The notes beneath the pieces were generated by a model. It searched no databases. It was not told the origin of the DNA and worked only from the letters and a program-made list of their open reading frames with translations. From positions 36,210,001-36,274,000 of the forward strand of contig NC_045696.1 in assembly GCF_009834535.1 (NCBI RefSeq): DNA of 64,000 nucleotides, written 5' to 3'. Numbering within the stretch: position 1 is the stretch's first letter; each line of letters begins with the position of its first letter. Of this stretch, positions 1 through 11,595 are shown piece by piece. Made by a program: the position numbers and the translations under genes. The stretch comes from Camelus ferus. Lineage: Eukaryota.

Positions 1-194
1 CCTTGCATTGCTTTGTCCAAGATGGCAAATTGTCCTTGAAAATCTTCAGAGTAGATGCTACTTTTTTTAAGTTCAGTCAACATCTCCAAGTTGTTTCTAT
101 TGACTCTGATTTCCAGATAGAATTGTTGACTGGAACACAGACTTAAGGCCTCTAGCCGAGCTATTACCGTATTTTCAACAGATACCAGGATATC
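1..194 (-). CDS. PROS1: Protein S exon 14 (LG2), truncated by window edge
   Basis: DILVSVENTVIARLEALSLCSSQQFYLEIRVNRNNLEMLTELKKSSIYSEDFQGQFAILDKAMQ; TTCAG acceptor. Confidence 0.96.
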
Positions 195-2239
195 CTGAAG
201 AACAGAGCAAAGACTCAATATTAGTGAGTACTAATGGTAATGCCACTCAACAGTGCCTTTTTAGTTTCCAAAATTCAAAAACTGAATTTCAATTAGGGGG
301 GAAAAAGTACAATAGAGCCTTCAAGTTTAATGAAAAAACTACTTGTTATTATAATAATCATAATTTTAGAATATATATTAGTTTTACAAACTCCAAGTTT
401 AGCTGAGATACAAATGTATAGCAGGTTTTGAAAATTCAGTACATCGAGTTGTCTCACCAACAATGGGAACCTTACATAGTGTCTTAAGCAATATATTTCT
501 GCTTATGAGCCTTCCTAATTTCAATATTTACATATGAAAAAGTAAGGAGTTGAATCACTCTTTGTTGGAGAAAAGACTTGGAAAATTTCAAGTGCTTTAG
601 TAAGCACATGCCAGCAAGACTGAAAGGTTTATTTGTGCCACACAAGCAATCCTGTAGACTTGGAACAAACTGAGTGAAGTCTCTGAGAGAGAAAAACTAG
701 GATCGCCAGCAGTAAGCTACAGAGTTATTTACCAGAAGATTCTCAAAAAAGAAAATATATTTTCTGAACTTTTAAACTGCTGATACACTACACAACTCAA
801 ATTGCTGAAAGTGACCTACGCATATAGCTTACATGTGTGTAGAGGAAAAGTAAAAAGACAGAGAAAATAAAACCAAACCCAGGGAGACGAGTGTTATGAC
901 CAGATAGTAGAAAAATAGTCTGAAATGTTTACTTAGGAATCCAAGACACCCACGTTAAATGAAGTCCATACTTTCCAACTACAGGTTATTTGAGGAAATC
1001 TGTTACTGTGTTACACATATCCATATTCTAAACTTATTAAAAGTCTTAAAGATGGGCAGCTGAGAAAATGTTCTAGAATGATCAATAGCATGAAGAGTAA
1101 TGTTATGAAATGTTTTACATAGGCCTTGAGATGGCAACTTGATATGCAAAAAAAAAAAAAAAAAAGCCATGAAGACAAACACAGAAAAGATAAAATAAAC
1201 TTCAAAGATATGGCAGGCGTTAACCTCCTCTACTGCATGAATGTAGTGTTGAAGGTAGGATTTCCATTTTGTTTAAAAAAGAAAAAGAAAAAAAGAAGCA
1301 AACAAAAAGCTGAAATCCAAACATAGTAATGTCCTGTGGTCAACCGGAGATAAAAACTCAGCAGAATCTTTTTAGGTTGCTTACAGTTAACCACCAGAAA
1401 CTGCCCCCATCCATCCTTTAAGCTGCAATCAGCACTCCTTTTTATTACTACAGGCATCAGTCAGTTATACGTGTCTTTCTAAAAGCTACAGAGAGCATCT
1501 GAGCCACCCTTGGCACAAACGCAAGCTTCTTGCTGTAACTTGTTGGAACCCACTGTGGATGACACATGGACAGAATTATTAGCCTCTAATAGAAGGTTGA
1601 ATAATACAGATCTTCCAATAAATCTCATGTTTCCTTTTATTGAAGAGTTTTTCCTGTTCTTCTTCCTAATTTCAAAAAAGAGTTTCCAGAAAGAAACCAA
1701 GTGGATTGGTTTTAGGTTTCTCTAGTCTTTCTTAATTTACTTAGGGGAGAAATGATTAAGAGTGCCAGAAAACACAAAATATTATAATTAGGAACTGAAT
1801 ATTTCAGAGTGGACTGCAGTCTGACTCACTTCTATTTTGTTAGTACAAACTCCCATGACACTTCAAAGACTTGGAGTAAGGGTGGGTCTCTGTGCACTGA
1901 GAGAAGGCTCCAAGCAGGCCATGTGTGAAGCTGCCTAATCTTAGCTATAGAAGCAAGAGACTTTCCCATATTCCCCCCTTACTTCTTGGTTCAAATCTTG
2001 GAAATAAGGCAGCAAAAAAGTAATAATAATGAACATTTTTTGAGTCTTTAATGATGTGCTAGAGATTGTGCCATATATTTTATATAAGTTATTTCATTTA
2101 ATCTTCAAAAGAGCATGGATAAATACCACCATTCTATCCATTTTACAGATAAAAGCAAAGAAAAAAATTAAAAATAAGGATCATATCATATCAGATAAGA
2201 TCAGATCATACCATATTTAAAGGTGTAGAGTAAAGTTAC

Positions 2240-2388
2240 CTGAAAATTTTCAGAGGTGGAGTCCACCAAGGACAAGGCAAAGGGCACTGTGTTATCAGAA
2301 ACCAAGGCCAACATAACACCAGTGCCCGCTGATGGGCGAATATTCAAGGACACATTCATTTGCCAAGCCTCACCATTGGATACAGTCT
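2240..2388 (-). CDS. PROS1: Protein S exon 13 (LG2)
   Basis: KTVSNGEAWQMNVSLNIRPSAGTGVMLALVSDNTVPFALSLVDSTSEKFQ; CAG/GTAACT. Confidence 0.96.
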
Positions 2389-2772
2389 CTGTTTAAACAA
2401 GAAAATAGAAGCAGGATCAAAGGACTCCTTAGATGCATCAGAAGGAATTATTACAATCTTACTAATATCTCAAAGCCATCTCTGTGTGATACTAAAGATT
2501 TTAGTTCTCTTTCTCAATGATCTGTATAACCTAGGCAGAACAAAACAAAAGAAAAATATTTTTTTAATGCAGGCAAGAAACACACAAATGGAGCCTCAGT
2601 CTTTTGTCCTTCTTCCTAGAAGAGAATTCTGGATTGTGGTGTTTAGGATTATTGTGAATTTTCCGTTTGCTCTTTGAACAGCTTTTCTTTCTGTCTTATA
2701 TATTCTCCTATGCTCAAATCTCAGAGCAGTCATACTTTAAAGTACTCACCAGAAGGAAATTCAACAAATCTA

Positions 2773-3066
2773 GGGGCGAGGGTATAGCTCAGTGGTAGAG
2801 CACATGTTTAGCATGCATGAGGTCCTGGGTTCAATCCTCTGTATCTCCATTAAGATAAATAAATAAACTTAATTACCTTTCCACACCAAAAAATGTTTTA
2901 AGTAGGGGAGAGTATAGCTCAGTAGTGGAGCATGTGTTTACCAGACACAAGATCCTGGGTTCAATTCCCAGCACCTCCATTATAAATAAATAAATAAACA
3001 AACAACAAACAACAAACAAACAAATCTAATTACCTCTCCCCCTCCCAAAACAAACAAACAAAAAAG
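2773..3066 (+). mobile_element. Two tandem tRNA-derived SINEs (vic-1-like)
   Basis: Two GGGG..TATAGCTCAGT..GGTTCAAT heads at about 2773 and 2904 with A-rich tails; flanking CAAATCTA repeat. Confidence 0.85.
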
Positions 3067-3338
3067 CAAATCTATTGCAAACCTTCTGAGGAAAAATGTG
3101 GGTATAGCTGCCACTCCCACCCCACCAATCCTCTTTCATATAGAGGTCAGGTTACAAAGTGGGCAAGAAAAATATGATCTCTACACATAGAGGAGTTGGA
3201 TAGTTTGATAGCAGAGAAATACTCTGAAGTCAACAGTCAGCTCTAAAATTCTAATAGGAACTTTCCGTGATTCTCTCGTCATAATACTTAAAATTCTTCT
3301 GAATCACTAGGTTAATTGTCTACCCCACTAGACTTCAA

Positions 3339-3423
3339 TCTCTACAGACCTCTACTATCACTGTTTTCCACAGGAGTCACTTCTCTACAGACCTCTACTA
3401 TCACTGTTTTCCACAGGAGTCAC
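3339..3423. repeat. Perfect 42-bp direct repeat, period 43
   Basis: 3339-3380 equals 3382-3423. Confidence 0.95.
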
Positions 3424-4319
3424 CAAATATTTGTTGAATTAATATGATTTCAAAATAGTTTGATTCCTGAAAATATTAGTTCACAATCTGAATGAAGTCT
3501 TCCTCATCTAATATAAAGTAATATGTAACTATAGCCCTAATAGCACTTTGAGGCTTTGAAAGCATGAATGTGAATGGAGAGAATACTTTTCTTTTGACAA
3601 GATGTTCTTCCATTTAGTCACATCTAATACTATTACATTTTTCACTATAATCCTTTAATTCCCACCCAAAAGAAAAAAAATATACATATAACCATCTTAA
3701 AGTAAGTTAATTTACTACAAGATATTAACAAACTCAAACTAAAATGAGCATGCAAATGTACAGAAATTATAATGCAGCATTAAGTATTAATTATAAAGTA
3801 GGTCACTTTCATGCTATCCATTAAATAACTAATTACTTATGAAAGTAATTTTTTACAGGTATAATATAACTCTTATTTTCATTTTCTCTTCAGAGACTTT
3901 TTTTCCTTTGAACAAATTATTGTGGGCCTAGTTTTCTCCTATATTCAGTCATCAACCCAATTAAAACTTTTTTTAAAAACCTTCATATACAGAACAGAGC
4001 TAAAGTTAAAGACATTGTATTGATTTATGTTAAGAAATAGTGTTAAGCACTAGTGTTAAGATTCTTTCTTAAAACTGCAGTAATACTCTTTAAGGCTGCA
4101 AATAAACACATTTAAAATACCATTTTTCCTTAAAGCAAAGATATCAAATTAGTGCTAAATTTATAATGCAAAGAGTTAATATTAATAGCTCAAATAATGA
4201 ACTCCTAAAACAGAAAAAGACAAAGAACCCAACAAAATAATTAAGATACACAAATACTTAATAAACATATGGTGAGATATTCAACTTCAGTAGAAACTGG
4301 GATAATAATTAAAACTAAA

Positions 4320-4480
4320 AGATTTACTCTATTTACTATATTCAACATCTTGTAGTAACCTATAATGAAAAACAACATGAAAACAAATATATGTATGTGT
4401 ATGTATGACTGAACTATTATGCTGTACACCAGAAATTGATATATTATAAACTGACTATATTTCAATAAAAAATAAAATAA
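4320..4480 (+). mobile_element. L1 3' end fragment
   Basis: Similar to the 21813 and 50653 copies; AATAAA and A tail. Confidence 0.75.
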
Positions 4481-4982
4481 ATGATCAGATTGAAATATGA
4501 CACAGATGTTGGAACTATCAGACAAGGAATTTAAAATAATTATGATTAATAAGTTGAAGACTTAGGTGGAAAGGATGGACAACATGTATGAAGAGAGGAA
4601 ATTTCAATGGAGAGGTGGGCACTTTAAGAAAGGATCAAATGGAAATGCTGGAAATAAAGAGGAATCCTTTTGATGCATTAATCAGTAGACTCAATACAAT
4701 TGAGAAATTGGTGAACCTTATAATGTCAATTAAATTTATCCAAAATTAATCAGGTTATGTGCCAATAACCATTAAATAATAACATTGGCATATTCAACTA
4801 TCTTTCTTCTCCCAATATACTGGGAAATTTTCATAAAATATACATAACAGTATGAATAAGCCTAACACTATGTCTGGGACACAGTAAGCACTCAATGACA
4901 TTTACTGAAGGAGTCACTGCTGTGTATCAATGAATAAATTTAGACATAAATGAGAAAAGAGATAAAATGGAAAATCACTTAC

Positions 4983-5151
4983 TATAATCTATGCTAAATT
5001 GAGCAACTCCAGAACCAGGATAGTAGGAACCCTTCTCCACAGTGACAAGACAATGCTTATTTTGTTTTTCTTGAATAATTTCCTTTACTCCTGAAGCTCC
5101 TTGATTCATCAAATTCCAGCCTCGAATACATCCATCTAGACGAGGGTTAAT
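4983..5151 (-). CDS. PROS1: Protein S exon 12 (LG1/LG2 junction; C4BP-binding region)
   Basis: INPRLDGCIRGWNLMNQGASGVKEIIQEKQNKHCLVTVEKGSYYPGSGVAQFSIDY; TAG/GTAAGT; not in the ORF track. Confidence 0.97.
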
Positions 5152-6451
5152 CTAACAAATTAAAATATAGATCAATGAATGCATTTTAAACTTAAAAAAT
5201 ACAGACTCATAAGTGGCTTACCTTGATTATAAAGGTTTTCATTTAAAGGGAAAATCTTTTCTCTGATGACACTTAAAAATGTTTAAAATATTTTGATTTT
5301 TATCTTAAATTTTTTTCAAGGTGTCCTTCAGATGGGCGGTCTTTTTCAGTAAAAGTGCCATCACAAACCTCCTCTCGGAACCTGATGATTTTTAATACCT
5401 CAAGCCTTACCTGCCTCTCCCGTATCAGCCAGTTATTAACTTTTCTGCTCTCAAGTAACATATATGCCTCTAGCTGTGGCCCTGGGTTCTAAGCTGCTTT
5501 CTGTTTTTCTTTAATTGCATTTACAATTTAGGTTTGTCTTGCCATCAGAAACTAAGCCTCTTCAGGAACAAAAGTGTATGCATTCTTTAGTCTCACAGAG
5601 CACCCAGCAAGACTCAAGACATGTAGCCATTTCATAAATAGTTGATCCTTTTTGAATAATTTATTTTACTTTTAAAATGTCTTGATTTATCAATTTCAAA
5701 GGACAGGTATATTCACTCTGACATGAGTTAACTAATTCAGGTTTTATATCATATCACAGAAATCCTTTAAAAGTTAAGGTAACTTAAAGATGGATATAAA
5801 ATGGTAAATATTTAAGTTAAATCAGCAAGCATAAAACTGGCAGACCCATGACTTCAAATGAAAATTAAAACTCTTCAAGGTCAGTGATTGGTCTCCTTCA
5901 AGAAAATTTTTCCACAGAAGTTAGACAAACACCATGTACAGAAAAATCATCTACCATATCTAACTTCAATTTATGACAGGCTACAGTCATATTCCCACCA
6001 GAGATTTTTCTTCTTAAAAAGTTCCACCCTATGTGCTCTTCTTATCTCCCCAATTTTAGTCCTAAAATAGACCTAGGAAAGCTCTTTGATTGGATTCTAC
6101 AAAATAATGTATTTTTGGACTCAAATATATGTATTTATTTGTTTAATGGCTAAGTATGGACTCTTTTACAATGTTAACATTGAAGTGAAGCCTGGAGAAT
6201 CTTTAAAAATCTACTTCTCCATGAGTAATGCTGGGAATTTAAATGGACTCAAAAACACTACATTCATTTTATTACTTCCTTAACATAATTTCAAGGGTCG
6301 ATAATGTTCATTTTACACGTTCAGTTCAAGTTGTCACAGTTGGTATGTTCAACAAAATAACTTCTTTTGACTCTCAGAAAAACACATTTTCAAATCTATT
6401 ACAGACAAAAGGAATTCATCCATGATGAGTGATATAAGCTTGTATCATTAC

Positions 6452-6619
6452 CGGTCTAATAAGTGCATTCTCCACTTTCCGAGGCAGTCCTGCAAAGTAT
6501 ACTTTGGTTTCTAGAAACCCATTTGTAGGCTTAAAAAGGCTTCCAGGTTTATTTATATTCATTACAGCTTCTTTAGCTATTTTTACACTAATACTATGCT
6601 CTAATTCTTCCACAGAGAC
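6452..6619 (-). CDS. PROS1: Protein S exon 11 (LG1)
   Basis: VSVEELEHSISVKIAKEAVM...KVYFAGLPRKVENALIRP; TAG/GTAATG. Confidence 0.97.
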
Positions 6620-8359
6620 CTACAATTGAAAAGACAAAAATTATCAAGTAATTAAACATTACTGCACTTCATTTGCAACACTAAGATTGAAAAATCCTGT
6701 TATTATTCCAGTACATAATTTTCCAAAGTTATCATTTTAATGTAGTTATCAATTTTCTTGACTACATTTGAAATGTCAAATTAGTATAGAGGTGATAAAA
6801 ATGTGTTTTAACGTGATAATACTTGATCAACATTAAATCAACACCATATTTTCAAAGTTATTTTTAAAGTTTAAAGTTAAAATAAATATTTTTCTGTTAA
6901 ACACCCACTTATAATATATATATCTTTCAACCCCAGTCAGCCATAAAATTAACAGTTTTAAAAAGAAAGTGAATCACTCTACAAAATCTTGGAAAGCTTT
7001 TAAGTGCTCTTATTCTGCAATTGTCCGATAGTACAAATAAGAAATCACTAATGTAAATAAATTTTCCATATATATTAAGAAAAGTTTGTACATTCAGCAT
7101 TTTGTTTATTACAGACAAATTATTTTTATTTCAAAATTCAAAAGTAGTTGAGGTCTTTAGGAAGCACAATACATTAAATTAAATTGGGTTGTTCCAATTT
7201 TGAAAGTAGTTTGGGTTTTTTAAAAAGGTTGGAAGTAAGTAATGGCAAACAAACAAACAAAAATCCTGCCATAAAGGCAATTTGCAGAGCCACTGCTGTA
7301 ACCTCATGTAAAACTGTAGCACTCAAAATGCAAATTCTTCATTTACTACATTTACTACTCAATAAGGAAAGACAAACGACAGGCATATTAAAGCACTATT
7401 ACAGGAAGGTAAAAACTATGCTCTAAAGGAGGATAAAAGGTAACATTTTAGGTTTAAAGGTGGTCAAGGGTCTGTCCTTAATATAACCAATCAGTATCAT
7501 CTTATTCTAATGATTATTCCTCCTTGAAAGAGGTTCTTAGCCTCCCGTACCTCCTCCCCCTGGCTTGCTTCTCCTCCACACTCTTACCATGCCTTCTCAT
7601 CTCTTTGCTGGATCCTTCTCTTCTTCTCAATCTTTATAATGAGCTCCAGAGCTCAGGCCCCAGGCCTTTTCCCTCTAGTCATGCAAATACTTCAAAATAG
7701 GGCTTTGCTGCCCTACTCTGGGGCAAATTTGGGAGTGGTGAGCACTTACAGTTGGCACAGTGAGTAGGAGGTATGGTGACATTGCAAGAGGCTAGACACC
7801 CTGCAATATGCATGATAGTCATGCCAAATAAATAATAAAATGTCCACTATCCTGCAAACCTTCTGAACACCCCTACTAGATATTCATGTAGGGTATACTC
7901 ATGTATACAATTAACTGTGTTTGTGTATATATACATACAAAATTTTTGCTGCCCCGTTTTAGCATTCACTGAATTTTTCTAGAATGTAATAGTCTTGTAA
8001 ACCAAGAATGGATTGATGTTTGTTTCATTTGGATCTTTACTAAGATTTTCTCACCATTTTGGAAAATTACTATTACTGATGGCAACACCATTTATGCACT
8101 TATGGTATTTGAGTTGCCAATACAGTGCCCCAGCATAAGTCTTCATCTGTAGTTTTCATGTTATTCTACGTATAGGAGCAAGTACTATACTTGAACAAGT
8201 ACTATACTTGAACGTGAGCATTTACATATTGGAATATATGTTATTTATATAACTTACCTTCTTGTTTCTATAATAATTAGAGCATTATGCTGGATGTGGT
8301 TTAAAACCACAGATCGACAATACTAACTTCATGGCCTTTAAAGCCCTCTTTACACTGAA

Positions 8360-9157
8360 CATCCAAAAGTTTTTATCTACCTTAAATTGAAGGCTGAACC
8401 TTAAAAACATCCAGAATCAGACCACTTCTCACCACTCCCACTGCCAACAATCCAGTCAAAGCTGCCATCTTCTCTCCATGTGTTATTACAATAGTGTCCT
8501 AATCCCATATGCTCTTGTATCCTTACTCTCTCTTGTCTAGTTTCCACAAAAGCCATTAGGTCCTGACCAGGATTATCTTTTAACATGCAAATTAGATCCT
8601 GTCACTTCTTGAAATCATCTAAGGTCTTTCTACTTGGCATAAAATCCAAGTCCTCACTACCGTTCTCACACCCCTACATGATCTTATTCAAGACCATATT
8701 TCTGACCTCATTCTCTGCTATTGTCTCCCACTCTTACTCCATTGCATCTACCCTGACCTTGTGTTCTTCCTCAAATATAACAAACACACCTTCTAGCCCA
8801 AGACTCTACTTGCTGTTCACCTGGCACAGAATTATTTTCCTCCTCCCCTCCCTCAAATTTCTCGTGGCTGAGCCCTCCAGTCTCTGGTCAGATGTGATCT
8901 CATCAGAGATGGCTCTTCTGATGCACACACACCATCATCATTCTCTATTGCCCTGCCTTGCTTTTCTTTTTTCCTCAGAGCATCAATTACTACCTGACAT
9001 ATCTATTTGTTGATGCATGTGTGGTCTTCATCTCACCACCACTAAACAGGCTCCATAGGAGCAGTGATTTGTTTTATTCACTGTTGCATCCCTACCACGT
9101 AGAATAAGGAATAGCACATAAATATGTGCTCAATAGATATTTTGTTGAATGAATGAA
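8360..9157 (+). mobile_element. LINE2 3' fragment
   Basis: C/T-rich L2 body ending GCTCAATAGATATTTTGTTGAATGAATGAA. Confidence 0.75.
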
Positions 9158-11405
9158 ATTATGATACAAATTACATATTTCCAACCAGTATTAGGATTAT
9201 ACCCAACTGTGAAATATAATAATCACTTACAAAGTGGCAATACTTATTTCTATGGGTTATAGCCATTGTAATGACTTAATTGTGCATTCTGTCTTATTTA
9301 TCTGAATTACAAAACAATTCTAAGTTATACATTTCAATTTTAATTTCTCATTTCTTAAGTATTTTATTTGAAATTAAAAAAAAACTAAAATTAGTGAAAC
9401 AACTGCTACAAGTGAATAGTCCAGTTTATAGATTAATTTAACAACTTCATTATTAATTAAAATTAAAATGCTTACTTAAAATGTTTATTTATTTGAAATA
9501 ATTTCTGTGCCACAAAAATTTGTTTGAAACAAATTTTACATTAATAAACCATCAAGATTATAAGCTAGTAAAAAATCATGCAGTAATATTTAAAAAATAA
9601 AATATGTGGAGAAAAGAAACCCCACGTACAGGGAGGGGTGTTAAAATGCATAAATTGTTAAAATATGGAATTACAATTTAAAGAACAACTAGCACCAAGT
9701 TTATTACCAGATTAACGTTTTTCTCTGATTTCTTAGTCCTTAAATTTTATTTTTCACATATTGCATTCAGTTTACAGGGGGAGATTTTCATTTAAATGTT
9801 TTAATTAAAGCATGGGCATATCATTAAATGATAGTTTCTTTTTAACAAGAATCATAAACATCAGAGATGAATGGAAATGAACACCTGCCTTCCGTCCAGC
9901 CTGCATCCTACCTTTAACAATACCATTCATGAACAATTCTTTAGTAAACACTACCTACAACTCATGATGTTAACTTCACAGGTAAGCATTTACCTTCTTC
10001 TTTATACCTAGAAATTTATCTAAATTCACCTTCAAACAGCTGATATTTTCAATCTATATAAACTCATTGGAAAAAAATTCTATCTTTGCTTTCTTTTGCT
10101 GAAAAGTGATTACAGTGATTTTAGATAGGTGATTCAGGAACTGTGGGCATTAAAGTGTACTCTTCAGCACACTGGAGGAATAGCTGTATGCACCAAATAT
10201 TCTAGATACAGATGCAGTAGGAAAGATCTATTAACAAAGCTACACTAACAAGCATCAGAAGTCAGAACTTTAGTGACTTCTCTAACAATTGCATATGATC
10301 CAGTGAAGACACTATTCTTTTAGGGTTAGAAGCCCAAAAATCCATGGCTGCGAAAAGGCAGATAGCCCCCTTTTTGGTGAACCACAGCTGTACCCAATTG
10401 TTCTTTATTAACACCTCAACTGTAACACATTTCACATTACATTGTATCAGTTCATAAAGCAGCATCAGCTACTAAACTGTGAGGACCTGAGCTCAAGAGC
10501 AAGGACAATCTCTTGCTACAGTTCTAGTGCCTTGAACCCAGGAACTTAGCACTTTAAACATGCTCACTAAAAGCTTATTGAATATATGATTGCAAGAGTG
10601 GCCAAATACAAGAATGAAACAATTTAGTGATGACTTTATATGATTGCTCAACCGAGATCTCTCCTCAGCTCCCATAGGCTTAGGAAGTATCTCCTTTGGG
10701 CCCAACATTCTAAGGTGAAGCTGACCTTCTCCCAGCTGTTCTCTGCTGAAAGTAGCAGTGACTTAACTGCAGAGAAGAATTCTCCCCACTGTAGACTAAT
10801 AGTATCCCTTCTCCAAATAATCCTTTCTCCAAAAACAGGTCCATTTTAATACAGTAGATTAAACTGCTGCTTTGATTATTAAAATAAAGGGTCATTATGT
10901 AAAAATGCTAGTTTCTAAGCACTATGATTAGTACCAGCTAGTGCATCCTGTTTGTATAAATTGATTACATTTATTTGCTAACATTTAAAATTAAATTAAC
11001 CCTTTTGATTTTGTTACTGTGTGTATTTCTCTTTCATGTTAAAGATATTGATGGCTATCCAGTGTAGATGTCTTTGATCAGTGCTGTCTTTGCATAACCT
11101 CTGATCTGTCAGGGCAATATCACTGTTCATCCAATGATAGCCACTAAAAAAGGTAAAAAGTTGAAGACAAAGTAGTTCAAGCAAATAGTTGAAAACAACT
11201 TCATTTATGTGAAATCTGAAATATTTTAATAGAGGTGACCATTTCTCAGGCTGTTTCAGGGATTTACAGTGTGTAGGATATACTTCACACATCAGATAAA
11301 CCCAAATCCATTTTGGTTTGGTATCACTATTTTAAAAAATTATTAATGATTTTATACAAACTGCATCAAAGTGGAAAGAATCTCTATGAATTCTGCAAAA
11401 CATAC

Positions 11406-11595
11406 CATATTCCATAGACCATTATTAATAATTTTGCCTCCAGTTGTTATTTTGGTTGTATATTCATTCTTAAACTGGATTTCAATCTTTCCATCACGAA
11501 GTGCAATCAGGAACCAAGCTGAGTGATCAGAAGATTCTGCATACAGGATAACACCTTCTGAATCGTATGTCCGGAAATCAAACTCAGCTGAAAAT
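11406..11595 (-). CDS. PROS1: Protein S exon 10 (LG1)
   Basis: FSAEFDFRTYDSEGVILYAES...GGKIINNGLWNM; TAG/GTATGT. Confidence 0.97.

Noticed and set aside
2773..2850. tRNA-like sequences with A/B boxes (also 2904, 40030, 58300, 62620)
   Set aside because: Have A-rich tails, TSDs and multiple diverged copies: SINEs, not tRNA genes
8179..8212. 17-bp tandem duplication; similar imperfect duplication at 21141-21210
   Set aside because: Two-copy slippage events; no spacer array, not CRISPR-like
8585..9013. 142-aa ORF
   Set aside because: Within an L2 fragment; composition-driven
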